Positions 1 to 7,891 of a DNA stretch of 24,000 nt are shown one piece after another. Both the position numbers and the translations under genes were made by a program. Location of the stretch: positions 1 to 24,000 of the forward strand of contig MGEY01000052.1 in NCBI GenBank assembly GCA_001791615.1, written 5' to 3'. This stretch comes from Candidatus Uhrbacteria bacterium RIFOXYA2_FULL_40_9 (GTDB lineage: Bacteria > Patescibacteriota > Patescibacteriia > UBA9934 > GWF2-40-263). The notes beneath the pieces are model-generated. The model made no database searches and was not told where the DNA came from. It saw nothing but the letters and a program-made list of their open reading frames with translations. Each line of letters opens with the position of its first letter. Positions within the stretch are counted from its first letter, which is position 1.

Positions 1-730
1 CTTCAAAAAACCTCTGAATCGGACCAATATCTACCTTGTTAGCAAGATTCCATTCATACACTGTACGATCCACACCAATAGCAGGCTCTTCAGGAATCCA
101 AATCTCACGAACCACCACCTGATGAACTCCAAGTTGACCAGCTCGAAGAATAAATTGATAGACATCCTCAAACGTCATCACACTACTACGCGTCACAACC
201 AAGGAACAACGTACAAGAAGTTCCTCGTGAAGTGCGCGTGGAATAAGCTCAGCAGGGTTCCTCTTGATCTGCATAATCCGTTGATTGATTTCATCATCAA
301 AACTTGCAACAGAGAGTGTCAACATAGTCAATCCAGCTTCAGAAAGTCGACCAAGAAGATCACTTTTTGGCATGCCTGTCTGCATCAGAAAAGCATTCGT
401 GTGCATATCAACAAGCGGAATATGCTGACGGGCCACGCGAATGAGATCACACAGATATCCGGCATCCTCTTGAGTCGGATCAGCACGACCAGTCAAAATC
501 GCATGAGTTGCCCCCACACGAGCAGAAAATCCAAGACCAACCTGTAGACGTCGCATACTGCACAACTTGATAGCACCGCACACAGGATCTTGTCCTGGAG
601 TTGTGCGAGAAATACACATCTGACAACCAGCCGTACATTTTGTCCGATCACTCACCTGAATAGAAACAGACTGAGCACGAAGGTAACCACCACCATGACT
701 GATGGGTGTTGTAGTCATAGGTTTCTCCAT
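1..730 (-). CDS. Radical SAM superfamily protein, N-terminal part (3' end beyond the left edge)
   Basis: Manual reverse translation from ATG at 730: MEKPMTTTPISHGGGYLRAQSVSIQVSDRTKCTAGCQMCISRTTPGQDPVCGAIKLC... ending ...EWNLANKVDIGPIQRFFE, open to position 1. Contains the canonical CxxxCxxC cluster motif (CTAGCQMC) near the N-terminus. It has no stop inside the window, so it is absent from the supplied ORF track. Confidence 0.75.
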   Translation of the reverse strand, partial: MEKPMTTTPISHGGGYLRAQSVSIQVSDRTKCTAGCQMCISRTTPGQDPVCGAIKLCSMRRLQVGLGFSARVGATHAILTGRADPTQEDAGYLCDLIRVARQHIPLVDMHTNAFLMQTGMPKSDLLGRLSEAGLTMLTLSVASFDDEINQRIMQIKRNPAELIPRALHEELLVRCSLVVTRSSVMTFEDVYQFILRAGQLGVHQVVVREIWIPEEPAIGVDRTVYEWNLANKVDIGPIQRFFE

Positions 731-856
731 GAGGGTGTTGAGTTAAAAGAACGTAGGGCAACCCCACCGTGGGTTACCGGTATTTGTCTTCCGGTGAAAC
801 GTCGATTTTCATCAACATCTCGCAGAAAGGCCCGAACGTATTCGGGCAATGTCTTC

Positions 857-1666
857 TCACATCCTTCGAGAAATATCCGTGGAATGCACAAACTTGGCTC
901 CCATCTGAATCAATTTCTGAATCATACTGGCAATGTGTCCATCCACAATCTCAATTCCCTTGGTCCCATCCACGACAATGTAAACCTCGAAACCCTGCTT
1001 GAGCAGATCAAAAGCGGTATAGGCAACACAAATGTTGAACGCCAGCCCAACCAAGAAAATCCGACGCACCTGATACCGACGCATACGGATCTGTTCAAGA
1101 AGATTCGTAGGCTCTCCCACGGCATCAAAGACTGCACTATGGCTATCTTTTCGTGGGGACCGTCCCTTGTAGATCACGATTGCAAAAGGATATCTACGCA
1201 GTGCAGGAACAAGCATGGCCTGCTCTGTTCCTTCCATAGAATGCTCAACCCAAACAACCTGATACTCGCCCGTATTTGCGCGAACAGCCATTGCGTACTG
1301 ACGCAAGTAAGGCAGATCAAAACCTGCATGAGGCATGAGCATAGCAGGAGTGAGATTACTGACAAATCCTGGAGTAAGCAGTGTCTTGTTCCCAATCACT
1401 TCTGCCTCAGGTGCATACGAAGTATCAAAAGCAATATGTCCGCATACACGCTGATAGGTTGGATCATACGGATGGCAATCAATGGCTGTCCAGGTATTTT
1501 CCGGACCAAACAAAACGATCAACTGAATCACAGGATCCACAATTTCTTCAGCCTCAGGAACAGGCAAACCTCCGCCTGGAAAAAACCCTCCAGTTACATC
1601 CACAATACCAAGCATGTCATTAAATGGATTGATGAACACAGGTCGCTGGAGCTGATAAGGAAGCAT
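857..1666 (-). CDS. Nicotinamidase-like cysteine hydrolase (isochorismatase fold), divergent
   Basis: 269 aa. Motifs: IVDVTGGFFPGGGLPV (equivalent of VDVQNDFxxGGxL), AIDCHP (metal-binding DxH), VEHSMEGTEQA (cf. PxHCVQGTxGA), IYKGR (catalytic Lys), VGLAFNICVAYTAFDLL (cf. GLATDYCVxxTAxDA). Strong SD AAAAGGAG directly upstream of the ATG at 1666. Confidence 0.8.
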   Translation of the reverse strand: MLPYQLQRPVFINPFNDMLGIVDVTGGFFPGGGLPVPEAEEIVDPVIQLIVLFGPENTWTAIDCHPYDPTYQRVCGHIAFDTSYAPEAEVIGNKTLLTPGFVSNLTPAMLMPHAGFDLPYLRQYAMAVRANTGEYQVVWVEHSMEGTEQAMLVPALRRYPFAIVIYKGRSPRKDSHSAVFDAVGEPTNLLEQIRMRRYQVRRIFLVGLAFNICVAYTAFDLLKQGFEVYIVVDGTKGIEIVDGHIASMIQKLIQMGAKFVHSTDISRRM

Positions 1667-1881
1667 GGGGATCTCCTTTTTTTGCTCCTTGAAATGGAGC
1701 AGGTGTGAGAAGGAAAGGAACGATCTTTCAAACGTATTGAAAGAAGAAATCTTCCTCGGAATTGCTTCCGAAAAAGGTCTCTGAAAGACGTGCCAACTTA
1801 GCTGAAAATGGCCTTTTAGTCAATGGTTCTAAGAAAAAAAGAGTCGATATTTATTCTCATGAACAAAGGGAAAGAAAAAAA

Positions 1882-1915
1882 GGGGAAAAATCGCACGTTT
1901 TTGCGAGTATTCCCC
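1882..1915 (-). terminator. Intrinsic terminator on the minus strand, downstream of the PP2C-like remnant
   Basis: Reverse strand reads ggggaatactcgcaaaaacgtgcgatttttccccTTTTTTTCTTT. Outer stem ggggaa/ttcccc and inner stem tcgca/tgcga, followed by a U-rich tract. Confidence 0.65.
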
Positions 1916-1943
1916 CTCAAATTCAAAGAACAGAAGGTAACAA

Positions 1944-2323
1944 TTAAGAGCCAAATCCTCCCATAGCAGTCTGGCTGAAACTCTGACCTGTCTGGCTAGC
2001 ACGCACAGCTGACTGAGAAAAGACCTGATAGACTTTACGAATCTCAGCAGGTGTTTCCCTGGGGTAAGAATCCATTCATCAAACAAATGACGAAAAACAG
2101 CCTGGGCAAAAACACGTACTCCAAGTTGTGCCCCAATCTCATTTTGTGGGACAAACTCTGTTCGTGTGCCACTTCCACATCCATCTGCAACGACTACAAC
2201 GAGGAATTGGCCATCAGGAGAACAGACCACATGGCTTGCGTCTTGATTATTTCGTCCAGCTTCTCGATGCTCTCGACCAATCACACTTCCTTGAGCAAAA
2301 GCGAAAGGGAGAGGGTGAGACAC
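1944..2323 (-). pseudogene. Truncated and frameshifted PP2C-family protein phosphatase remnant
   Basis: GTG at 2323 is preceded by AAAGGAG at 7-nt spacing. N-terminus VSHPLPFAFAQGSVIGREHREAGRNNQDA...VVVVADGCGSG..EIGAQLGVR resembles PP2C motifs. The C-terminal half of a PP2C domain is absent. A frame change at the G-run 2061-2064 would give ...RETPAEIRKVYQVFSQSAVRASQTGQSFSQTAMGGFGS* ending at 1944, just before the terminator. The unbroken ORF-track frame instead reads through the terminator to 1829. Confidence 0.5.
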
Positions 2324-2382
2324 AAGAACTCTCCTTTTGTTAAATTGTAAAACGGAACTTCTTTCGAAAAAGATCTGCTTTG

Positions 2383-2399
2383 AGTGTATATTATACACT
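2383..2399. promoter_or_regulatory. Candidate operator: perfect inverted repeat AGTGTATA-T-TATACACT
   Basis: 8-nt arms with a 1-nt spacer, overlapping the -10 and spacer of the candidate promoter, directly downstream of an NrtR-like regulator gene. Confidence 0.5.
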
Positions 2400-2412
2400 T
2401 ACTATCTGTCAA
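2385..2412 (-). promoter_or_regulatory. Candidate sigma-70-like promoter upstream of the PP2C-like remnant
   Basis: Reverse strand TTGACA (2412-2407), 16-nt spacer, TATACA (2390-2385). Confidence 0.5.
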
Positions 2413-2453
2413 GAGAAAAAGCGGAATACCCTTCCGCTTATCCACACACTCTC

Positions 2454-3125
2454 TTAGAGGACATCAATATACTCAAGTATTCGATGTTTAAATTGATAAA
2501 GTTCTGCGGGACGATTTGCTTCCCCTTTTCGCTGTTTCCCAGATTTTTTAATCAAATTTAATGACAAAATTTTCTTTCTAAAATTACGCTTATCAAACGA
2601 TATTCCCAAAATGATTTCATAAATACGTTGCAAATCTGTCAGAGTGAAATCTTTTGGAAGCAAACTCCAAACCACATTCGTATATTCTAATTTTGCTTGA
2701 AGTCTCCCCACAGCATCTTGAATCATTTCTTTATGATCATAGGCAAGCGTTGGTAAATGTGAAAGAGACCACCAACGCACATCAGTATATTTATCCGTGG
2801 TCTTGAGGGTAACATCTTCTCCAATAACAAGAGCAAAATGAGCAACAGAAATAGTTCGTGTAAGAGGATCACGTTTTGGATGATCAAAAGTTTTAAGTTG
2901 TTCTAAATAGACATTGCTCATCGCTGTTTGCGCTTTCAAAATACGCCGAGCCGCCTGTTCTGTGGTTTCTTGTTGTTCAATAAGTCCACCTGGAACAGCC
3001 CACATTCCGGCAAAAGGCTTTTTCTTCATTTGGATGAGTAAAACCTTTAATTCCCCAGCTTGTACCGTAAAAATAACAGAATCAACAGCTATTTTAATGG
3101 TTTGCTTAATCGTTTTTGTTGCCAT
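2454..3125 (-). CDS. NrtR-like transcriptional regulator (Nudix domain plus winged helix)
   Basis: Likely start MATKTIKQTIKIAVDSVIFTV at 3125. The Nudix-like segment GGLIEQQETTEQAARRILKAQTAM has lost the REUxEE catalytic residues. The C-terminus SLNLIKKSGKQRKGEANRPAELYQFKHRILE resembles the NrtR winged-helix and RPAxLYxF ending. Confidence 0.75.
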   Translation of the reverse strand: MATKTIKQTIKIAVDSVIFTVQAGELKVLLIQMKKKPFAGMWAVPGGLIEQQETTEQAARRILKAQTAMSNVYLEQLKTFDHPKRDPLTRTISVAHFALVIGEDVTLKTTDKYTDVRWWSLSHLPTLAYDHKEMIQDAVGRLQAKLEYTNVVWSLLPKDFTLTDLQRIYEIILGISFDKRNFRKKILSLNLIKKSGKQRKGEANRPAELYQFKHRILEYIDVL

Positions 3126-3146
3126 AGGTAAGTGTTTACATGACAC

Positions 3147-3175
3147 AAAGTACACGTCTTTTTTCTTCCTGTCAA
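3147..3175 (-). promoter_or_regulatory. Candidate promoter of the NrtR-like gene
   Basis: Reverse strand TTGACA (3175-3170), 17-nt spacer, TACTTT (3152-3147). Confidence 0.55.
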
Positions 3176-3187
3176 GAAAAACCCCTG

Positions 3188-4591
3188 TTATTTGACTTCA
3201 ACTATTTCTAATCCAACCCCCTTCCCTAATCCAATCACAGCCAAACGCATTCCTTTACGAAGAAACTTCTGTTTTTGAAGGGATCGTATTGCTTGAGAAG
3301 TAAAATGATCTTGATCTTGTTGTTTCATCAAAAAAGGAATCACACCCCAGCGTATATTCATTTGATTCCTTTGTGTAAGTGTTGGGGCAGCAAGAAAAAG
3401 AGGAATTTCCGGATGTGTCATTAACGAAGCCTCTGACCAAGGAGCAAGAACCATGGAAGCTAAAACGCCATCAATATGCCCACCGAGAGCCAAAACTTTT
3501 ATGGCATGAGCAATGCTTGCTTGTGTGTTTTCAGGACGATCTGCTGTTAGTGGGACATCATCATAAGGAGAAGCTTCTGCTTCTTGAATAATTTTCTTCA
3601 TCATTTGCACCGCTTTCACTGGATATTTTCCTGTGGCTGATTCACCAGAAAGCATGACGGCACTGGTATGATCAAACACGGCATTTGCCACATCTGAAAC
3701 TTCTGCACGTGTAGGTCGCGGAGAAAAAATCATGGAATTCAACATTTGTGTAGCAACCACAACCGGCTTTCCTGCTCTTCGACATTTTTCAATCATTTCT
3801 TTTTGTCGGACAGGTACCTCTTCAGCAGAGATTTCAATTCCTAAATCTCCTCTGGCAACCATAATGCCATCGGCAGCTTTGAGAATTTCATCAAAATTGG
3901 TGATGGCTTCATGTTTTTCAATTTTTACGATAATTCTTGGAGGGATTTGCTTTGGCTTCAAAGCTCTTTTGATAAGAAAACGCAATTTATGAACATCTGT
4001 AGCAGACTTTACAAAAGAAAGAGCTATCCAATCAACTCCCTGTTCCACCCCAAAAAGAACATCAACACGATCTTTGGTTGTGAGAGATGAAAGGGAAAGA
4101 ACAGAATCAGGAAAATTCATTCCTTTATGCGAGGTTACTCTTCCAGAATTTTTGACTTTTGCGATAATAAGTCCTCCAGAAACCTTTCGCACCACTGTTT
4201 CAATGAGTCCATCATCAATTAAAATACGATGTCCTGGTTTCACCTCTTGTGCAAGCTTGGCATAGGTGACAGGCAAATAGCCAGCACTTCGCTGAAAAGG
4301 TTTCCCTGGAGAAAAAATGATTTCTTCTCCAGAAACCAAAGTAATTCCTTCTTCAGGTAATTCTCCTAAACGAATCTTTGGACCTTGAAGATCTCCAATA
4401 ATGGTAATGGGCTCCTCCTGCGAACGTGCTGCAACTCGAATTGACTGTAATAATTTTTTATGCCCCGCATGCGTTCCATGAGAAAAATTTAAACGTGCAA
4501 CATTCATACCTGCTTTTATCATGGCAGTAAGTGTGCTGATTTGTTCACTTGCCGGACCGATCGTGCACACAATTTTTGTCTTTTTTTCCAT
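3188..4591 (-). CDS. pyk: Pyruvate kinase
   Basis: [97 protein letters not shown]. Confidence 0.97.
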   Translation of the reverse strand: MEKKTKIVCTIGPASEQISTLTAMIKAGMNVARLNFSHGTHAGHKKLLQSIRVAARSQEEPITIIGDLQGPKIRLGELPEEGITLVSGEEIIFSPGKPFQRSAGYLPVTYAKLAQEVKPGHRILIDDGLIETVVRKVSGGLIIAKVKNSGRVTSHKGMNFPDSVLSLSSLTTKDRVDVLFGVEQGVDWIALSFVKSATDVHKLRFLIKRALKPKQIPPRIIVKIEKHEAITNFDEILKAADGIMVARGDLGIEISAEEVPVRQKEMIEKCRRAGKPVVVATQMLNSMIFSPRPTRAEVSDVANAVFDHTSAVMLSGESATGKYPVKAVQMMKKIIQEAEASPYDDVPLTADRPENTQASIAHAIKVLALGGHIDGVLASMVLAPWSEASLMTHPEIPLFLAAPTLTQRNQMNIRWGVIPFLMKQQDQDHFTSQAIRSLQKQKFLRKGMRLAVIGLGKGVGLEIVEVK

Positions 4592-4592
4592 A

Positions 4593-5816
4593 CTATTCTT
4601 CTGATTGATAAGCTTTAAGAAGGACAAGTATTTCTTTTGTTTCTCCTTCACGAAGAATCATTAAAACAACCTCGTCTCCAGGGAAATATTGATAAATGAC
4701 TTCTCCCAAGGTCTCTCTTCCAGAAAGTGATTCTCCGTTTATGGAAAGAATGACATCCCCTTCTTGAAGCCCGGCTTCTGCTGCAGGGCTCCCCGCAATC
4801 ACAGCTTCTTCTTCCTGACTACTTTGAACAAGAGCCCCGTACTCAGATGCAAGATCCATTTCTATCGCGTATTCAGGAGTCAACATTACATACCAAACCC
4901 CTAACCACGGACGTCTGACTTCTCCATAGGTTTGAATATCGCTGACAATACGTTTTACATCATTGATAGGAATGGCAAATCCAATGGAATCTCCGTCATA
5001 ACTCAGTGCAGTGTTCACGGCAATCACTTCACTAAGCAAGTTGATTAAGGGCCCACCAGAATTCCCAGGATTAATGGCAGCATCTGTTTGCAACGCGTTG
5101 CGAATAACCGCATTACTTCCATCATCATCATAAGCAACAATAGAACGATTCGTTCCAGAAATTACTCCTTTAGTCACGGTATTTTCAAATTCAGAAAGAC
5201 TGTTTCCAATAGCGATCACCGTTTGCCCCACTTTTGCAAAATCAGAATCTCCAAAAGAGACAATGGGATATCCATCACCTTCTACATCTAGAACAGCAAT
5301 ATCATAATAAGGATCAAGAGCCACAATCCTTGCTGGCAATTCTTTTCCATCGCTTGTTACAACAAGGTAAACAGCGTCTTCATCAGAAACAACATGACGA
5401 TTGGTTACAACATACCCATCTTCTGTGACAAAAAATCCTGTCCCCCCTCCAATTTCAACTAATTCTTGTGCCTCTGTTTCTGTATAAACGGGAATTTCCT
5501 CATAAGGAGAAAAGAAATCGAAATAGGAATCATTATAAGAGTAAAGATTGCCTCGTTCTTTCTTAATTACAATGCTCACAACAGCAGGTGCAACACGTTC
5601 CACCACAGCGATCGTGGCACTTTCCTCTTCAATCATTTCAACAATTTTTGCATCTACCGCCTTATTCGAATCAGAAGTAATCTGCAAAAACTCATCAACG
5701 TGTAAAAGACCTGTGAGATAAAAGGCAAGAAAAATACCAACGAACGCCCCGATAAGAGCGGCGATGGACATACCAAAGATAAATGCAATTTGTAAAGAAG
5801 TTTTTTTCAGTGTCAT
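4593..5816 (-). CDS. Membrane-anchored HtrA/DegP-like serine protease with PDZ domain
   Basis: N-terminal TM segment; TNRHVV (His), YYDIAVLDV (Asp), NPGNSGGPL (Ser); C-terminal PDZ: [23 protein letters not shown]. Confidence 0.95.
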   Translation of the reverse strand: MTLKKTSLQIAFIFGMSIAALIGAFVGIFLAFYLTGLLHVDEFLQITSDSNKAVDAKIVEMIEEESATIAVVERVAPAVVSIVIKKERGNLYSYNDSYFDFFSPYEEIPVYTETEAQELVEIGGGTGFFVTEDGYVVTNRHVVSDEDAVYLVVTSDGKELPARIVALDPYYDIAVLDVEGDGYPIVSFGDSDFAKVGQTVIAIGNSLSEFENTVTKGVISGTNRSIVAYDDDGSNAVIRNALQTDAAINPGNSGGPLINLLSEVIAVNTALSYDGDSIGFAIPINDVKRIVSDIQTYGEVRRPWLGVWYVMLTPEYAIEMDLASEYGALVQSSQEEEAVIAGSPAAEAGLQEGDVILSINGESLSGRETLGEVIYQYFPGDEVVLMILREGETKEILVLLKAYQSEE

Positions 5817-6319
5817 ATTCCTCCATTTTTTGATGATGATTTTTTTTGATGCTCTTTTGAGCGTGTTTGTTTTTGTGAAAGCTTGGCAAGCTCTGTTTCA
5901 AATGTTTTTGCATCCTCAAATTGCCGATACACAGAAGCGAATCGAATGTAGGCAACTGTGTCAAAACGCTGAAGATGTTTCATAACCATTTCTCCAACTT
6001 CTTCGCTTGTTAATTGTCCTCCTTTCTTTTTTTGAATATCTCTCTCAATTTTTCGTACGAGCTGAGTAAAACGTTCATCTGTATAAGGTCGCTTTTCTAA
6101 AGCTTTTTCTAAACCACGCACAAGTTTTTCTCGCACATAGTTCTCTCGTCGTCCATCACGTTTAATGATTGTGATATCTAAAAGCTCAACCTCTTCAAGA
6201 GTAGAAAAACGAAATCCACACTTATCACATTCTCGACGACGACGAACACTCGCTCCATCTGAAGACATGCGAGAATCAATGACTTTTGTGTCTTTATGAT
6301 TACAAATTGGACATCTCAT
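5813..6319 (-). CDS. nrdR: Transcriptional repressor NrdR
   Basis: MRCPICNHKDTKVIDSRMSSDGASVRRRRECDKCGFRFSTLEEVE zinc ribbon followed by ATP-cone domain. ATGA overlap with the downstream HtrA-like gene. Confidence 0.96.
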   Translation of the reverse strand: MRCPICNHKDTKVIDSRMSSDGASVRRRRECDKCGFRFSTLEEVELLDITIIKRDGRRENYVREKLVRGLEKALEKRPYTDERFTQLVRKIERDIQKKKGGQLTSEEVGEMVMKHLQRFDTVAYIRFASVYRQFEDAKTFETELAKLSQKQTRSKEHQKKSSSKNGGI

Positions 6320-6328
6320 AGTACTGCT

Positions 6329-6334
6329 ATTATA
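6329..6334 (-). promoter_or_regulatory. Candidate -10 element of nrdR
   Basis: Perfect TATAAT on the reverse strand with only 9 nt between it and the nrdR ATG (6319). No clear -35. Confidence 0.45.
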
Positions 6335-6402
6335 CCGCATTTTTCCTGAAGAAAAAAAGATTTGCCCCCTCTTCACAGAATATCAGAATTATTCTGTTTC
6401 AA

Positions 6403-6426
6403 AAACACCCCAAACGCGGGGTGTTT
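6403..6426. terminator. Intrinsic terminator downstream of ftsZ
   Basis: 9-bp perfect stem aaacacccc/ggggtgttt with a 6-nt loop aaacgc, flanked by T-rich sequence; ftsZ stop is at 6441 on the minus strand. Confidence 0.8.
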
Positions 6427-6440
6427 CTTTTTTCTTTCAG

Positions 6441-7691
6441 TTACATCATCTTTTTCCGAATAAAGGCAGGGATTTCAATTTCATCTTCTTCTTCCTTCTT
6501 TTTTGTTTGTTGTGCAGACGTCATCGGACTTGCGGTCATCACCGGAGGTTTTGATTCAACACGCTCTTGTACAACAGGTGCAAATTCTTGTTGCCTTGCT
6601 TGTGGTGTGTACCCAAAAGAGGCTTTTCTTTTTGCACGATATTCCTCTTCTTCACGAATACGGAGAAGTGTACTTGGGGGAGTCCAAGTTCCTTGTGCTT
6701 GAACTTCTACGGATCCTGGTGTTGCGGCACGACGTTCTCGACTATCAAATCCAGTGGCGACTACTGTAATACGAATATCTTCTCCCAAAGTTGGATCAAT
6801 ATTTGCTCCAAAAATTACCTTTGCATCCTCATCTGCAGAACCCGTAATGACTTTTGCTGCCTCAGCAACCTCATGCATCCCTAGATTTTCACTTCCTGTA
6901 ATAGTGAATAAAATTCCTTTTGCGCCATCGATTGAGAGTTCAAGAAGAGGACTTGCAATGGCTTGCTTTGCGGCTTCAACTGCACGATTTTCTCCTGAAG
7001 CTTTTCCAATTCCCATCAAAGCAGAACCTGAACTTGCCATAATTGCCTTAACGTCCGCATAATCTACATTGATAAGTCCTGGAACAGTAATCAATTCTGC
7101 GATCCCTTGGACACCTTGACGCAAGACATCATCAACCACACAAAAAGCATCTACCAGAGAGGTTTTTTTATCAATGATTTGAAGGACACGATCATTAGGA
7201 ATTGTGATAATGGCATCCACATGTTGAAGGAGCTTTTCAAATCCTTCATCAGCAATACGACGTCGTTGAGCTCCTTCAAAAGAAAATGGTTTTGTGACAA
7301 CAGCAACTGTTAAAGCACCCATGTCTCTTGCAAGTTTTGCAATTTCAGGAATTGCTCCTGTGCCTGTCCCCCCTCCAAGACCGCAAGTTAAAAAAATCAT
7401 GTCAGAACCCGTCAAAACTTCGCGAAGTTCATTCTGTGTTTCTTCTGCAGAACGCATGCCAATTTCTGGATTCATTCCTGCTCCCAAACCACGCGTGATT
7501 GTCTTTCCAATCGCGATCTTTTTAGGAGCTTCGTTTTGATTCAAAGCCTGAACATCAGTGTTCACAGCAATGAAATCCACCCCCTTGATATTGTTTCGAA
7601 TCATGCGATTCAAAGAAGCTCCACCTCCTCCTCCAATTCCAACGACTTTGATCTTTGCAAATGTTTCAATGTCAGGTTTTACTTGTGCCAT
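6441..7691 (-). CDS. ftsZ: Cell division protein FtsZ
   Basis: MAQVKPDIETFAKIKVVGIGGGGGASLNRMI, tubulin signature GGGTGTG, NTDVQAL, and C-terminal peptide EIEIPAFIRKK. Start taken at 7691. Confidence 0.97.
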   Translation of the reverse strand: MAQVKPDIETFAKIKVVGIGGGGGASLNRMIRNNIKGVDFIAVNTDVQALNQNEAPKKIAIGKTITRGLGAGMNPEIGMRSAEETQNELREVLTGSDMIFLTCGLGGGTGTGAIPEIAKLARDMGALTVAVVTKPFSFEGAQRRRIADEGFEKLLQHVDAIITIPNDRVLQIIDKKTSLVDAFCVVDDVLRQGVQGIAELITVPGLINVDYADVKAIMASSGSALMGIGKASGENRAVEAAKQAIASPLLELSIDGAKGILFTITGSENLGMHEVAEAAKVITGSADEDAKVIFGANIDPTLGEDIRITVVATGFDSRERRAATPGSVEVQAQGTWTPPSTLLRIREEEEYRAKRKASFGYTPQARQQEFAPVVQERVESKPPVMTASPMTSAQQTKKKEEEDEIEIPAFIRKKMM

Positions 7692-7756
7692 AAATTGTTT
7701 CAAACTGAACAAATCAATTGTTCAAAAATAGCTTTCTTAAGCTGAAATACTTCTTA

Positions 7757-7785
7757 AATTTACTGAGTCATCAAGGTACTGTCAA
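7757..7785 (-). promoter_or_regulatory. Candidate ftsZ promoter
   Basis: Reverse strand TTGACA (7785-7780), 17-nt spacer, TAAATT (7762-7757), about 65 nt upstream of the ftsZ start. Confidence 0.6.
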
Positions 7786-7843
7786 TCATTTGGTAGACAA
7801 AAATTGTGTTCACAAAGGCAAAACTGTTCTCAACAAAAACAAA

Positions 7844-7864
7844 AAACAGGAGATCTTCCTGTTT
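7844..7864 (-). terminator. Intrinsic terminator downstream of ftsA
   Basis: 8-bp stem aaacagga/tcctgttt with a 5-nt loop, followed on the reverse strand by TTTGTTTTTG. ftsA stop is at 7892. Confidence 0.8.
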
Positions 7865-7891
7865 CTTATGTTATCCACATTTAAACATCTT

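Noticed and set aside
122-547. 141-aa plus-strand ORF
   Set aside because: Antisense to the radical SAM CDS with its CxxxCxxC motif; considered a shadow ORF.
1684-1700. Small hairpin gctcc/ggagc upstream of the nicotinamidase SD
   Set aside because: Only 5 bp of stem and no further structure or anti-SD pairing evident; too weak to call a riboswitch or attenuator.
590-1708. 372-aa plus-strand ORF
   Set aside because: Fully antisense to the nicotinamidase-like gene, which has recognisable motifs and a strong SD. The plus-strand product has no recognisable motifs and a skewed composition.
1829-1943. C-terminal tail of the track ORF 1829-2398 (FEGEYSQKRAIFPLFFFPFVHENKYRLFFS)
   Set aside because: It reads through an intrinsic terminator-like hairpin and T-tract, so it is unlikely to be coding.
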